Notes under the pieces: generated by a model
Databases searched by the model: none
Told to the model about the DNA's origin: nothing
The model's input: the letters and a program-made list of their open reading frames with translations, nothing else
Made by a program: the position numbers and the translations under genes
Shown here: one piece after another, positions 27,310 through 39,200 of the stretch
Position numbering within the stretch: position 1 is the first letter of the stretch
How the letters are laid out: each line of letters starts with the position of its first letter
Origin: a bacterium
GTDB lineage: Bacteria; Verrucomicrobiota; Verrucomicrobiia; Verrucomicrobiales; V1-33
NCBI GenBank assembly: GCA_031411255.1
Contig: JANOAS010000115.1
Coordinates: 12,579-76,578, forward strand
Reading direction: 5' to 3'
DNA length: 64,000 nt

Positions 27310-28200
27310 ATGAAAAAAGACCTGACAAGCAAAGTGCTCCGAATTGACGGCGCCGGAAAATTCAAGCTGGACAGCCGGGATACCAAGCTGAAGCAGCCAC
27401 CCTATCGTGATGAAGCGCACTACGAACTGCTTCTGACGGACTACCGGCGGGAGATTGACGAGCTTCAGCAGAAGCTTTATGCGCACGACCGTTTCAGCGT
27501 GCTGCTGATCTTTCAAGCGATGGACGGAGCCGGCAAGGACAGCACGATCCGCCACGTGATGACCGGGGTGAACCCGACGGGGGTGGAGGTGACGGCCTTC
27601 AAGCGGCCGAGCGAGGAGGAGCTGGACCACGATTTCCTCTGGCGGACGACGAAGGCGCTGCCGCAGCGGGGACGGATCGGGATTTTCAACCGGAGCTACT
27701 ACGAGGAGGTGCTGGTGACGCGGGTGCACCCGGAGATCGTGACGCAGGTGCAGAAGCTGCCAAGGGAGGAGCTGAAGGACATGGATGAGCTGTGGGAAAA
27801 GCGCTACCGGGCGATCCGGGAATTTGAGCGTCACCTGCACAACAACGGGACCATCGTGCTCAAGTTTTTCCTGAACGTCTCGAAACGGGAGCAGGGACGG
27901 CGGTTTCTGGAGCGGATCGACAATCCGGCAAAGAACTGGAAGTTTTCCTCGGCGGATCTTAAGGAGAGAGCCCGTTGGGACGACTACCAGAAGGCGTACC
28001 AGACGGCGATCCGGGAAACGGCCACTAAGGAGGCTCCGTGGTTCGTGGTGCCGGCCGATGACAAGCTGGCGATGCGGCTGATGGTCTCGGACGTGGTCGT
28101 AAAAGCGCTGCGGGGGCTGAAGCTGGCCTGGCCGAAGCTGGACAAGGATGCCCTCGCGGAACTGGCGGGCTGTCGTGCGCAACTGCTGGCGGAGGAGTGA
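27310..28200 (+). CDS. ppk2: Polyphosphate kinase 2 family (class III-like)
   Basis: FQAMDGAGKDSTIRHV, FKRPSEEELDHDFLWR, FNRSYYEEVL; start moved to MKKDL. Confidence 0.92.
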   Translation: MKKDLTSKVLRIDGAGKFKLDSRDTKLKQPPYRDEAHYELLLTDYRREIDELQQKLYAHDRFSVLLIFQAMDGAGKDSTIRHVMTGVNPTGVEVTAFKRPSEEELDHDFLWRTTKALPQRGRIGIFNRSYYEEVLVTRVHPEIVTQVQKLPREELKDMDELWEKRYRAIREFERHLHNNGTIVLKFFLNVSKREQGRRFLERIDNPAKNWKFSSADLKERARWDDYQKAYQTAIRETATKEAPWFVVPADDKLAMRLMVSDVVVKALRGLKLAWPKLDKDALAELAGCRAQLLAEE

Positions 28201-28210
28201 GCCTCCAGGC

Positions 28211-29656
28211 TTACGCAAGAAGGGCGGGGACGACTTTTCCATGTACGTCGGTGAGGCGGTAGCGGCGTCCTTGGTATTTAAAAGTGAGGCGCTCGTGATC
28301 CACGCCCAGGCAGTGGAGGATGGTGGCCTGCCAGTCGTGCACGTGGACGGGGTCGCGCGCGATGTTGTAGGAAAAGTCGTCCGTTTCCCCGTGGACGACG
28401 CCCCCTTTGATGCCGCCGCCGGCGGCCCAGCCGGAAAAGCAGCGCGGGTGGTGGTCGCGACCGTAGTCGGTGGCGGTCAGCTTGCCCTGGCTGTAGGCAG
28501 TGCGGCCAAACTCTCCGCCCCAGACGACGATGGTGTCGTCGAGCAGGCCGCGCTGCTTGAGGTCGGTGACGAGGGCGGCTGAGGCCTGGTCGGTCTGCTT
28601 GCACTCGCCCCGGATGGCGCCGGGCAGGCCGCCGTGGTGGTCCCAGTCCTGGTGGAAAAGCTGGACGAAGCGCACCCCGCGCTCGATGAGGCGCCGGGCG
28701 AGCAGGCAATTGGCCGCGAAGGTGCCCGGAGTGCGGGAATCCGGCCCGTACATTTCGTAGACGTGGTCGGGCTCGCCCTCGATGCCGGTGACTTCGGGCA
28801 CTGAGGTCTGCATCCGGTAGGCCATCTCGTACTGGGCGATGCGTTCGTTGAGGTCCGGGTCGAGCGTTCGGTCGTATTCGAGCCGGTGGAGTTCGTTGAG
28901 CCGGTCAAGGAGCTTGCGGCGGGCCGGGCCGGTGACGCCGTCCGGGTTGTTCAGAAACAGGACGGGTTCCTTTTCCGGGCGGAACTTCACCCCCTGGTGG
29001 GAGGCGGGCAGGAAGCCGTTGCCCCACAGGCGGGCGTAGAGCGGCTGGCCGCCTTTGCCCTTGGTGACGAGGACGCAAAAGGCAGGCAGGTTGTCATTGT
29101 CACTGCCCAGACCGTAGCTGAGCCATGAGCCAAGGGACGGGCGCCCGGCGATCTGGGAGCCGGTCATGAAAAAGGTGATGGCCGGGTCATGGTTGATGGC
29201 TTCGGTGTTGAGGGTGCGGACAACGGCGAGGTCGTCGACGATTTTAGCGGTGTGCGGCAGCAGTTCGCTCACCCAGGTGCCGGCGCGGCCGTGCTGCGCG
29301 AATTTGAAGGCGGAGCCGGCGAGCGGGAGCGAGGCCTGGTTGGCGCTCATGCCGGTGAGGCGCTGGCCCTGGCGGACGGAGTCGGGCAGTTCCTTGCCAT
29401 TGTCCGTGTTGAGCCTGGGCTTGTAATCCCAGAGGTCCATCTGGGACGGGCCGCCGCTCATGAAGAGGTAGATGGCCCGTTTCGCCTTCGGGGCAAAGTG
29501 GGGCTGGCCCAGCTCGCCGCGTCCGGCGGGCGTGGCGGCGTGCGCCTTTTCTCCGACGAGCAGGTGGGAAAGGGCGGCGCCACCCAGACCAAGGCTGAGG
29601 CGGGAGAAAAAGGTGCGCCGGTTGACCATGAGGCCGGGGTGGTCGGTCAAATTCAT
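28211..29656 (-). CDS. DUF1501 domain protein (Tat-like signal)
   Basis: NRRTF Tat-like motif, [44 protein letters not shown]. Confidence 0.93.
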   Translation of the reverse strand: MNLTDHPGLMVNRRTFFSRLSLGLGGAALSHLLVGEKAHAATPAGRGELGQPHFAPKAKRAIYLFMSGGPSQMDLWDYKPRLNTDNGKELPDSVRQGQRLTGMSANQASLPLAGSAFKFAQHGRAGTWVSELLPHTAKIVDDLAVVRTLNTEAINHDPAITFFMTGSQIAGRPSLGSWLSYGLGSDNDNLPAFCVLVTKGKGGQPLYARLWGNGFLPASHQGVKFRPEKEPVLFLNNPDGVTGPARRKLLDRLNELHRLEYDRTLDPDLNERIAQYEMAYRMQTSVPEVTGIEGEPDHVYEMYGPDSRTPGTFAANCLLARRLIERGVRFVQLFHQDWDHHGGLPGAIRGECKQTDQASAALVTDLKQRGLLDDTIVVWGGEFGRTAYSQGKLTATDYGRDHHPRCFSGWAAGGGIKGGVVHGETDDFSYNIARDPVHVHDWQATILHCLGVDHERLTFKYQGRRYRLTDVHGKVVPALLA

Positions 29657-29687
29657 GTGGCCAATGGAATGCAGACCGGTAGGGGTG

Positions 29688-30587
29688 TCAATCCGGGCGC
29701 GGGGTGGGGGACTTGCCACCGCGCCCCAGGGTGGAGCGGGCGTAGTGGAAGAGGAACTGCTGGGCGAAGCCGCGGTTGGGCCCGAAGTGGTCACGGGCAA
29801 AGGACTCCAGCTCCCGGCGGGAAACGTCCGGCTGCTTTGGGAAGTACCAGTCGCGGAGAACCCGCTCAATCCAGACATCGATGGGAAATCCACCCATGCG
29901 GCCGTAGGCGAAGAGGGCAACGCAATGGGCGATCTTTGGTCCGACACCCCGGCACTGGCAGAGGGCCTCGATGAGCGATTCATCGTCAAGGGCAGCGAAC
30001 GCTTCGAGATCGATGCTGCCATCCGCCACCCGGGAGGCGGTTTCGGCCAGCGAGCGGGCGCGGTAGCCGAGGCCGCAGGCTCTGAGTTTGGTCTCGCCCG
30101 CTCGTGCGAGGCGGTCCGGTGCTGGCCAAGTCCAGAGGGAATGAGGGCCGAGGCGGACTTTTGTGCCGAATTTTTCCCTGACGGTGTGGGACATGCGGCT
30201 GATGTGCGCCACCTGCTTCAGGGAGGAGGTGATGAAGGCGCAGAGGCATTCCCACTTCGGCTGTTCCAAGATGCGCAGGCCCGGGCTCCAGGCCACGGCT
30301 TTGGCCAGCACGCGGTCCTTCTTTGGAAATGAGGAACGGAGGGCACCGTAGTCGGCATTCAGGCCGAGGTAGTGCGAGACCAGCGCCTGAGTGCCGCGCG
30401 GGCAGCGGATGAGTCCGGGGGCGGGCTGGTCGAGCCAGACTGGCTCGTCACCGATGAGGCCGAGGAATCCGGATCCCTGCTCCCGCCAGTGAAAGGCCTG
30501 GCCCGAACCGAGGGTGGCAGCGAGGTCGAAAAACGAAACGGGGACCTCAACAAGGTCGAGGTCCCCGGAAGCGGCCGAGCCCGGCAT
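29688..30587 (-). CDS. 8-oxoguanine DNA glycosylase (Ogg1-type, HhH-GPD)
   Basis: [14 protein letters not shown] motif; [21 protein letters not shown] with catalytic K and D. Confidence 0.88.
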   Translation of the reverse strand: MPGSAASGDLDLVEVPVSFFDLAATLGSGQAFHWREQGSGFLGLIGDEPVWLDQPAPGLIRCPRGTQALVSHYLGLNADYGALRSSFPKKDRVLAKAVAWSPGLRILEQPKWECLCAFITSSLKQVAHISRMSHTVREKFGTKVRLGPHSLWTWPAPDRLARAGETKLRACGLGYRARSLAETASRVADGSIDLEAFAALDDESLIEALCQCRGVGPKIAHCVALFAYGRMGGFPIDVWIERVLRDWYFPKQPDVSRRELESFARDHFGPNRGFAQQFLFHYARSTLGRGGKSPTPRPD

Positions 30588-30607
30588 GGTGTCGGGAGCC
30601 GGGACGG

Positions 30608-31276
30608 CTAGCGAATGAAGTAGCTGAGGTTTTCAAGCTCCACGGCGAGGTCGACGTTGCTGACGACGACGTGCTCGGGGACTTGGAGAACGATGGGGGT
30701 GAAGTTCAAGATCGCCTGGATGCCGGCGGAGACCATCTCGTTGGTCACCTGCTGGGCATGGTTGGCCGGCACGGTGAGGATGGCCATCTTGATGTTGTTG
30801 TCGCGAACGAAGGGCAGCAGTTCATACTGCGGCCGCACAGCCACGCCCTGGCCGGTACGGCTGTGGCTGTTGGGCGAGATGTCGAAAGCGGAGACAATTT
30901 CAAAACCCTCCTTGTTGAACCCTGCGTAGCGGAGCAGCGCGGAGCCAAGATTGCCTGCGCCCACGAGGATCACCGGCTGAAGCCGGTTGATGCCCAGCAC
31001 TTCGGTGATGACGTTGGTCAGCTGGATCACGTTGTAGCCGAGGCCGCGGGTGCCAAACTGGCCAAAGTAGGCGAGATCCTTCCGGAGTTGGGTCGGTTTC
31101 ACGCCCGCCGCCCGAGCCAGAGCTTCGGAGGAAACTGTTTCGATTACATTGTCTTGCAGCTTGTGCAGGCAGCGCTGGTAAATCGAAAGCCGGTAAATCG
31201 ACTTCCGAGGGATGACTCCTTTGGGTTCAACTTCGGGAGTTCCCTTGGCAGGACTGGCTGTTTCGAGTGCGGACAT
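30608..31276 (-). CDS. rex: Redox-sensing transcriptional repressor Rex
   Basis: RLSIYQR, QLRKDLAYFGQFGTRGLGY, VGAGNLG, ILNFTP. Confidence 0.95.
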   Translation of the reverse strand: MSALETASPAKGTPEVEPKGVIPRKSIYRLSIYQRCLHKLQDNVIETVSSEALARAAGVKPTQLRKDLAYFGQFGTRGLGYNVIQLTNVITEVLGINRLQPVILVGAGNLGSALLRYAGFNKEGFEIVSAFDISPNSHSRTGQGVAVRPQYELLPFVRDNNIKMAILTVPANHAQQVTNEMVSAGIQAILNFTPIVLQVPEHVVVSNVDLAVELENLSYFIR

Positions 31277-31523
31277 GGGTGATGTATCAGGGTTGCGGAA
31301 GGTTTGGAAACCTCTCCTATTGGCTTAGGTTTATGGACAAATTATCTTAATAATTAGAAACGCAATGCAAATCTAATAAGAATGTTGTCAGAATGAACTG
31401 CCTTGCGCAAATTGCAAGTAAAAGTATGGTTTTTACAAAGCGGCAGGTGAGCCCTGAACCGCAAGTGGACGGGGAGCGCCGTGCCGGAAGGAGGCGGAGT
31501 TGATTCAGAGTCTGAGAGTTGGG

Positions 31524-32921
31524 CTAGTAGGAAGATTCGACGCGGGTGGCGACGTCGAGGTAACCGTAATCCGCTTCGTAGATTTGTTTGAAGCATTCGA
31601 GCGCTTCGGGTTTGCGGCCCATTTTGTCGTGGATGAGGCCCAGGCTGTAGAGGATTTCCTTTTTGACGGCGTCCATGGCTGTCAGGTCCTTCACTGCCTC
31701 GGCGAGCGTGTTGGCAGCGATGTCGTTGACGCCCTTGCCTTCAAAGCACCGGGCCAGGGTGAGGAGAGCCTTGGTGCGGATGTGCGGGTTGCTCTTGGCG
31801 CGCTGCAGTTCGGGAATGGCATCCGTGAAATGTCCGCCGTTGTAAAGGGCCACTCCAAAGTCGAAACGGGCGGCGGGATCGGTGGGATTCCGCTCGACGC
31901 GGTCCCGGGCGTTGGCGATCTGGCGGTCGACGCGGGTCTGGCGCAGGGCGTCCAGCTCGGCCTGTTTTTGCGCAGCATCCGGAGAATCGGGGGCGGAGGT
32001 AAGCGCCTCCTGGAGTTCGTGGATGTGCATCTCGTCGATCTTCTCGTGCAGGTGGGAAACTTTGGCCTGCAGGGAGACGTCGCCATTGCTAATGCTGAAG
32101 GCGTATTCGTACCAGCTCAGGGCGCTGTTGAAGTCCTCGAGATTCTCGTAAATGTCGGCAATCCGCTTGACGACCGTGATGTTGGTCTGGTCTTCGGCGT
32201 ACTTGGCGCTCCACTCGGCGAGCCGCTCTTCGAGCTGTTCGCGGGTCATGCCCTTGCGGTTGTCCGCTTCGAGGGAGGAGCTTTGGTCCTTGTTGCGCAG
32301 CAGATCACGCACACTTTCCTTCTGTCCCCAGCCCTGGCGCAGCATGGATGACTGGGCGTTGGCATTGGTGAGGCCTTTCCGGGCGACGCCGTCCGTGGGA
32401 TCGACGCGAACAATGGCCTGGTAGATGTCGGCGGCTTTTTCGGGTTCCTTGTTGAGGACGTAATGCTCGGCAAGCCGGTGCATGTTCTTGGTGTCCTCAG
32501 GGTTGCCCTCGCGGATGGTCTCCAGGGCGAACGCGGCGGTTTCGATCATGCCAGCAGAGCCCGCGTTGGCCGCGTTCATGGCGGCTTCATACAAAAGATT
32601 GTTGCCTTGCGGGTTGTAGGGATCCTCCTTGAGCAGGTCCTCCAGCTCATTGATGGCGGCGAGCGGCTCCTTCTTGACCTTGCCCTGCACCTTCATGAAG
32701 GAGAGGCCGCCGCCGCCCATGGAAAAGAATTTCTTGGTGGCGGCCTTTTTGGCAGCGCCCTCGGCCTTGCGCAGCTTCTTCCGGCCCTCGAGAAATTCGG
32801 GGGCCTGCTTGATGATGGGCAGCAATAGTTCAACCGCATAACCGTGGTTCTGAATATGCAAGGCGCTTTCTGCCTTTTGGTAGAGGGAACGCAGGTTTTG
32901 CGGGAGATCGGCTTCAGTCAT
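31524..32921 (-). CDS. Tetratricopeptide-repeat protein
   Basis: Helical TPR-like repeats, ends ADYGYLDVATR; start moved to MTEADL. Confidence 0.85.
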   Translation of the reverse strand: MTEADLPQNLRSLYQKAESALHIQNHGYAVELLLPIIKQAPEFLEGRKKLRKAEGAAKKAATKKFFSMGGGGLSFMKVQGKVKKEPLAAINELEDLLKEDPYNPQGNNLLYEAAMNAANAGSAGMIETAAFALETIREGNPEDTKNMHRLAEHYVLNKEPEKAADIYQAIVRVDPTDGVARKGLTNANAQSSMLRQGWGQKESVRDLLRNKDQSSSLEADNRKGMTREQLEERLAEWSAKYAEDQTNITVVKRIADIYENLEDFNSALSWYEYAFSISNGDVSLQAKVSHLHEKIDEMHIHELQEALTSAPDSPDAAQKQAELDALRQTRVDRQIANARDRVERNPTDPAARFDFGVALYNGGHFTDAIPELQRAKSNPHIRTKALLTLARCFEGKGVNDIAANTLAEAVKDLTAMDAVKKEILYSLGLIHDKMGRKPEALECFKQIYEADYGYLDVATRVESSY

Positions 32922-33200
32922 GGTGGCGGGTTGAGCAGGGGTTCTGGTGGAATTCCGTAAATGGGTAGCGGTCCAAGGGGAGCGTGCAAGATTTAATTGG
33001 TGGCTTCCGGCCAGGCAAGTAAAAATCACTTTTTTGATCAGGTTTCGCCTGATGGTGGATCATGGGATGCCTGAGACGTGGCGCTGAGTTTAGTTTTACC
33101 GCAAGAGCGAACGTGTGCGGTGGGGTTTTTCCTGGCCTGGTTTACCGGCCTGGCGGAAAAACTATGTGCGACAAGGGACGAACGTGTTTCCGCGACAGGT

Positions 33201-33235
33201 AAAAACCGGAGGCCCTTGAAGGAGCCTCCGGTTTT
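33201..33235 (-). terminator. Intrinsic terminator hairpin (possibly bidirectional)
   Basis: aaaaaccggaggc-loop-gcctccggtttt. Confidence 0.75.
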
Positions 33236-33290
33236 CATATACCAGAACAACCAGAATTCCGTTTGTCCAGAACGGGAAACTGGAAAGAGG

Positions 33291-33854
33291 TTACGCGGGG
33301 AGTTCCGCGCCTTTGTGGCCGAGCTGACGCACCGTGCGATTGAGCTGCTCGAACTCGATCGGCTTCTGGATCACCGTCACGGGGCCACTGGCAAGAATCT
33401 TGGAGAGCAGCTCGCTGTCCGGGTAGCCGGTGATGATGACGATGGGCATGTCAGGATGGATTTCCTTGAGCTTTTTATAGAGTTCATCCCCGGGAATGTC
33501 GGGAAGCTTCAGGTCAAGAAAAACGAGGTCAAAGGTCTGCTTTTCAGCATGCTGGATGGCCTCGGAGCCGGTGCCCACGACGATGCGGGAGAAGCCGGCC
33601 TTTTTGAGGAACTGCTTGAACAAGCCCTGGAGCTGAGGATCGTCATCAACGACGAGCACTGTGGGCTGTCCATTTTTGTCCTCGCGCAAAATGTCGCGAT
33701 CGAGGAGGCTGCGCTTGATGCGCCAGCGTCCGCCAATTTGGATCGCCGGCAGCTGTCCGCGCTGGACCAAATAGTAGACGGTCGGGAGTGGAATCCGCAG
33801 ATATTCAGCGGTTTCCTTCACGGTCATGAGTTCTGGAGCTTCTTCTGGCGGCAT
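33291..33854 (-). CDS. Excisionase-like HTH (HTH_17) fused to a response-regulator receiver domain
   Basis: LMTVKETAEYLRI..TVY.L..G.LPA..IGGRWRI; receiver motifs VVDDD, LVFLD, IITG, KP intact. Confidence 0.9.
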   Translation of the reverse strand: MPPEEAPELMTVKETAEYLRIPLPTVYYLVQRGQLPAIQIGGRWRIKRSLLDRDILREDKNGQPTVLVVDDDPQLQGLFKQFLKKAGFSRIVVGTGSEAIQHAEKQTFDLVFLDLKLPDIPGDELYKKLKEIHPDMPIVIITGYPDSELLSKILASGPVTVIQKPIEFEQLNRTVRQLGHKGAELPA

Positions 33855-34189
33855 GGGATGTGTGGTTAAAGGTCAGCAATCTGGAAAATATGATCGAGTC
33901 CTGCGAGGGGGTTCATTGTGGTGAACCTTGGAGGCCTTACAGCCCTTGATTTCGCAAAATTGATCGGATTTTCATTATTGTTATACAAAATCTGGAATCA
34001 CGCAAGTGCAATATCTATGATTTTTCAGAACGGGCAGTGATTTTTCAAACCATGCGGAAATCCCGAGTGGGGAGAAGTGGCCGTTTTCCGAAAGACCAGC
34101 AAACATTGGAATCACGCGCAGGCAACGGGAATCTGTCCAATCGCGGCTGGTGGCCGTAATGGAAGCCCTGCGGCGGAATCAACGGCAGG

Positions 34190-34882
34190 CTATTCGAGGT
34201 GGGTTCTGACCCACTGACCGGCTTGGAGATACAGTTCGGCGGAGCTTTTTAGACGCAGCTTGTCTTTGATGCGCGCGCGATAGGTTTCGACCGTTGATTC
34301 ACCAAGTCCGAGGGCGGTGGCGATGTCGCGGGTGGACTGCCCGCGACCAAGAAGCTGGAAGACCTCGAGTTCGCGATCAGCCAGGACGGAGGCTGGATTG
34401 TCCTGCGGGTCGATTTTTTGTGCGCTGAACCGACCGAGGAGTTGTGAAGTCAACTTCTGGCTGACGTGGATTTCCCCTGCCGCGATCTGGCGGATCGCCT
34501 TGACCACTTCCGTGGAGGCTTCATTTTTAGTGATGTAGCCGCGGGCGCCGGCTCTGAGTGAGCGTTCAGCATAGAGTTCCTCAGGGTGCATGGAGAGGAC
34601 GAGGACCTTGGGAGGGTTCTCGTCGTTTTTGAGTTCCTTGAGCAACTCGAGTCCGTTGGCCCCGTTGAGAGTGATGTCCAAAAGCACGATGTCCGGGTTG
34701 GTTTGCCTGATGAGGGCTAGGGCGTCCACGGTGTTGTCGGCTTCGCCACAAATGCTCATGCCCAGTTCCCGGCTGATGAGCTGGCTGAGGTGCTCCCTGA
34801 ACATCGGATGATCGTCGACGAGCATGATCTTGCGACAACTGGCGGAGGAGGAGCGGACGGGATTGAGCGCGGTTGTTTTCAC
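34190..34882 (-). CDS. NarL/LuxR-family response regulator
   Basis: LVDDHPM, VLLDI, LSMH, GARGYITK, LADRELEVF..G.STRDIA; GTGA overlap with the kinase. Confidence 0.93.
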   Translation of the reverse strand: MKTTALNPVRSSSASCRKIMLVDDHPMFREHLSQLISRELGMSICGEADNTVDALALIRQTNPDIVLLDITLNGANGLELLKELKNDENPPKVLVLSMHPEELYAERSLRAGARGYITKNEASTEVVKAIRQIAAGEIHVSQKLTSQLLGRFSAQKIDPQDNPASVLADRELEVFQLLGRGQSTRDIATALGLGESTVETYRARIKDKLRLKSSAELYLQAGQWVRTHLE

Positions 34883-36003
34883 TGGGGCTGGTGTGGTGGA
34901 GACTTGGGCACAAGGCAGGAGAGCACGGTGCCGCCGCCCGGTCCGGGGGAAAGGGAAAGCTCGGCGCCCAGGATGGAGGCGCGGTAGCGCATCGTTCGCA
35001 GGCCCAATCCTTGCGGGCGGCTGGTTGAGCGCGGCGGCATTCCTCGGCCGTTGTCGGTGATTTTCAGCGAGAGGCCGCGGGGGGTGTGCATGAGGGAGAC
35101 TTCGATTCTGTCCCCGCCGCTGTGGCGAACGGCATTTGCCATGGCTTCCTGTGCAATCCGGTAGACGTGCATGGAGGCAGCCGGGGTGAGGGCGACGGAG
35201 CCGGCGTACTCCACGAAGGAAACCGACACACCGGTGAGTGTCTCCGTGGTGCGGGCAAGCCCGGCCAGGGAAACAGCCAGGCCGCTCTGGTCGACATGAA
35301 CGGGAAAGATGCCGCGGGCCAGATCCCTCGCCTCCAGCCCGGATTGCTGGAGGGCCTCTTCGATTTTGGTGGCATCCACGAAGGCCTGGTCGTTCTCATC
35401 CCTCAGATCGTCAGCGAGGGCTCTGACGGCGCAGCTGATGGCGGCCAGTTGCTGGCAGAGGCCGTCGTGAAGATCCCGCCCGATTCGCTGCTGCTCCCGC
35501 TCGGCGACGGTGACAATTTCGCCCTGCAATTGCCGCAGCTCTTCAAGCGCCTTGATGCGCTCCTCATCGGCCACCTGCCGGGCGCGGACGGCGGAGGCAC
35601 CGAGGACGACGGCGAAAAAATAAACGACACGGCTGATCATGGCCGAGTTGTACCCCCAAGTGGTGTGGTAGGGATGTGAGTCTTTGTTGGCCAGCCACCA
35701 GACGGCACCACTGGCCCCGGCGAGGAAGAAGGCGAGCGGCCGCTGCCCCAGCCAGACGGCCAGGAGAAGCGGCGCGGCATAGATGACAAACAAGCTGATT
35801 TCCCAGCCGGTGAGGTAGTCGAGCCATCCGATGCCGAGCGTCAGTGCCACGATGAGTGTGACAGAAATCCATGCAGGGAGCCTGATGAGGCTGCCATGCA
35901 GCCGCGCGATCAAGCGCCGCCTGGTCCCGGAGCCGCCGGGCGGGTTGCGGTCAACGGCTGCGCTGGGAGTGGTGGGGGGCTGCTGGAGCACGGTGTATGT
36001 CAT
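34879..36003 (-). CDS. Membrane sensor histidine kinase (HisKA_3 + HATPase)
   Basis: TM region, EQQRIGRDLHDGLCQ, RIAQEAMANAVRH, DNGRG, GLGL..M.YRA; start uncertain. Confidence 0.9.
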   Translation of the reverse strand: MTYTVLQQPPTTPSAAVDRNPPGGSGTRRRLIARLHGSLIRLPAWISVTLIVALTLGIGWLDYLTGWEISLFVIYAAPLLLAVWLGQRPLAFFLAGASGAVWWLANKDSHPYHTTWGYNSAMISRVVYFFAVVLGASAVRARQVADEERIKALEELRQLQGEIVTVAEREQQRIGRDLHDGLCQQLAAISCAVRALADDLRDENDQAFVDATKIEEALQQSGLEARDLARGIFPVHVDQSGLAVSLAGLARTTETLTGVSVSFVEYAGSVALTPAASMHVYRIAQEAMANAVRHSGGDRIEVSLMHTPRGLSLKITDNGRGMPPRSTSRPQGLGLRTMRYRASILGAELSLSPGPGGGTVLSCLVPKSPPHQPQ

Positions 36004-36225
36004 CTTTCCTGGGCCTGGGGAGGCCGGAGCCACTCTTACCCCTCCCACCGGGACTGGTCGAGCCGCAATTTGGCACCGACCCCGGGCGTACCGGCGCGCG
36101 GGCCTTTCCGGAGAAAAAATCGGGCGTGGCCAGGGCAATAGAATCTGCTAGCGTATGGCGAAAGAGCGGCGAACCGGGCTGCGTAGAGTCTGCGAACCAC
36201 GACCCTCTCAAACACTTTTCTCAAC

Positions 36226-39200
36226 ATGAAACGCACAGCATTCTTCCTGCTTCTGGCCGCAGTCGCGGCAGTCGCCCTCGTCTCCAGCCTGCATGCCCAG
36301 ACTCCCCAGCCCGCCGGGGTTCAGGCGAGATTTTCCACCCGCCTGCTGACTGCGGCCACAAGTCTGGAGCTGAGGTTCCCGACGGACATGGTCCCGGACA
36401 ACAAGATGGGGGAGGCGGAGGAAAGCCCGGTGGTGGTGAAGCCGGCGTGGAAGGGGAGGTTCGTCTGGCGCAGCCAGTCCAGCGGGACATTCGAACCGTT
36501 GGAGGCTCCCGCGATGGGGCAGACGCACCAGTTTTCCCTGAAGGAAGGGCTGGCCGATCTGGCGGGGGCTCCGGTGGCGGCGGGGGCAGGGTGGAAGGCG
36601 GAGGTGGCGGGGCTGGCGGTGACGGACAGGTTCCCCAACAGCTTCAGTGCGAAAAATGCGCCGCGTGAGCCGCGGTTGATTCTGCTCTTCAATTCGCCGG
36701 TGACGGCGGCTGCGGCGGGGCGGAGCCTGTCCTATGTGGCGAAGGGAGCCCAGATGCCTGCGGTGGTGAGCCAGGCAGCGCTGAAGGATCTGCCTCCGTC
36801 CTACGAGCTGAATCAGGGTTTCACCCAGCGCCTGCTGACGCCGCTTGGGCCGGAGGCGGACCGGGCCAAGCTGCCGCCGGACACGGTATTGCCCCACGTG
36901 CTGGTGGTCAAACCGCAGCAGCCTCTGCCAGTGGCGGAAAACTGGAGGCTGGTCCTCGCGGCGGGCCTGTCCAGTGCGGACGGCAAGGTGAAGACTGCGG
37001 AGGAGGACGCGATTGGCATCGGCACCGTGCCTCCTCTGGCGGTGAAAAACATTTACGCCAGCAACGAATTGAACGAGCCCAAGCGGCTGGTCGTCTATTT
37101 CAACAAGGATCTGGCTCAGGACGTGACCGGGGAGCAGGCCGGCAAGCTGGTTTCAGTGAGTCCGGCCCCGGCGGGGATGAAGATCGCTCTGCCAAAAGAC
37201 GACCGCCGGATCGAAATCGACGGTGAGTTTTCTGTGCAGACGCCGTACACCGTGACCGTGGCCCCGGGCCTGAAGGCTTTGGATGGCACCGAGATGACCG
37301 AAGCGGGCCAGGACTCGGTGACCTTTGAGCCCGTCGCACCAGCCGTGGCCCTGCCTGCCTTCAGCGCGAGCCAGCTGAGCACGGGGCTTCGGGCCTTTGC
37401 CGTGCAGACGGCGAACATGAAAAACCTGACCGTCAGGGTGAAACAGGTGGATCGCGATTCGCTCATCTACGCTCTGCGCGCTTGGCGGACTTACGAGAAC
37501 GGGCCTGAGGTGAAGGAGGAAAAGAAACAGGGCGAGGATGATTCGAACTACTACAGGATTCCTTTCGACACCATGCCGGGTCGGAAGGTTTACGAGAAAA
37601 CGCACGAGTCCGCCGTGGCGCTGGACAGGTCCGAGGACATCGAGCTGAAGTGGGCCGATGTGGTGGGGGAGGCGAAGGCGGCGGCGCTTTTCATCACGGC
37701 GGAGGGCGAGCCGAAGGATGAAATCGCGAAGCGGAAAAAGCATGGGGCGCAGGCTTTTGTGCAGCTGACGGATCTCGGGCTGGCGTGGAAGACGACGGCG
37801 AAGGAGGCGATGGTGTTTGTCTTTTCCCACGCCACGGGCCAGCCGCTGGCCGGGGTGGAGCTGACCATGCTCGACCATGACAACCGCAAGAAGGCGTCGG
37901 CGAAAACCGCTGCGGACGGCACTGCGGTGCTGCCGCGCACCGGAGCAGAGTGGCTGATGGCCGAACTGGCGGGCGACCTGCACGCGGTGGAGTTCGCCAG
38001 TCCGCAGACGCTGGGCATGTGGCAGTTTCAGGTGCCCTATGACTACGACCGCACGGACGAGGCAAAGCGTCGGGTCATCACCTTCACGGACCGGCCTGTT
38101 TACCGCCCGGGGGATTCCGTCTTTTTTAAAGTGCTGGCGCGCCAGGTGACGACGGCCGGATTCAGCCTGCCGCCTGCCCTGGCGAAGGCCACGCTCAAGG
38201 TGCACGACGCCCAGGGGCGCCTGCTGACCGAGCGCCAGGTGACGGTGAGCGAGACGGGCGGCATCGATGGAGCGGTCGCCCTCCCGGCTGGCGGTTCGCT
38301 GGGCGAGTACCAGCTCACGTTCATTTTCCCTCCGTCAAAACCGGCGAAGGAAGGCGAGGACGAGGAGTCCGAGGACGGGCGCAGCTTCATGCACACGGTG
38401 CTGGTGCAGGACTACAAGCCGAACACGTTCTCCATCGCCATGAACGAGCCGGATCTCAAGCTGGACGGGGAAAAGGCGAGCCTGCCCCTCTCGGCGAAGT
38501 ACATGCTGGGCAAGTCGCTCTCCAAGGCGAAGCTGGCCTGGACGGCGGAGGTCCATCGGGATTCATTCTCCAGTGAGGCGTTCCCGGACTTCACCTTCCT
38601 CGATCACCGGGGCTCGTATTATTATGACGAGGATGGCTGGCATGAAGTGCCGGAAGAGGAGGTGACGCAGAGCCTGGTGACCGGCCAGGAAAAAACGGCC
38701 CTGAGTGACAAGGGCGCGGCAGTGCTGGAATTCGCAGTGCCGGAAGCGCCCTTCGCCGGCAGCCCGCGCGAGCTGCGGGTGACGGCGGAGGTGACGGACG
38801 TGAACCAGCAGACGATCACCGAGCGGTTCACTCATGTGCTGCCGAGTTCGGATTTTTACCTCGGCCTCGGGGATGTGGACATGGCCGTCGGGGCGGGGGA
38901 CACGGTGCCGGTGGAGTTCTGCGCGGCGGGAAATGACGGCCAGCCGTGGCGCGAGGCAGTGGAGGCAAAGCTGACCATCGAGAAAGTGTCCTGGACCCAG
39001 GTGCGTGTGCAGACGGCAGGGGGCGGATCCAACGTGCGCAACGAGGCGAAAAAGGAGATCGTGGCTGAAGCGCCGGTGAAGATCCTGCCGAAGGGGCAGA
39101 ACACCGAGCCGTATCTTTTCAAGGCGGCCAAGCCAGGGTACTACCAGGTGACCGTGAGATCGAAGGACGGCAAGGGACGCAGTGTGCAGTCGTCCACCAG

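Noticed and set aside
33291..33854. Phage excisionase marking a prophage
   Set aside because: The HTH is fused to a receiver domain and there are no phage or integrase genes nearby.
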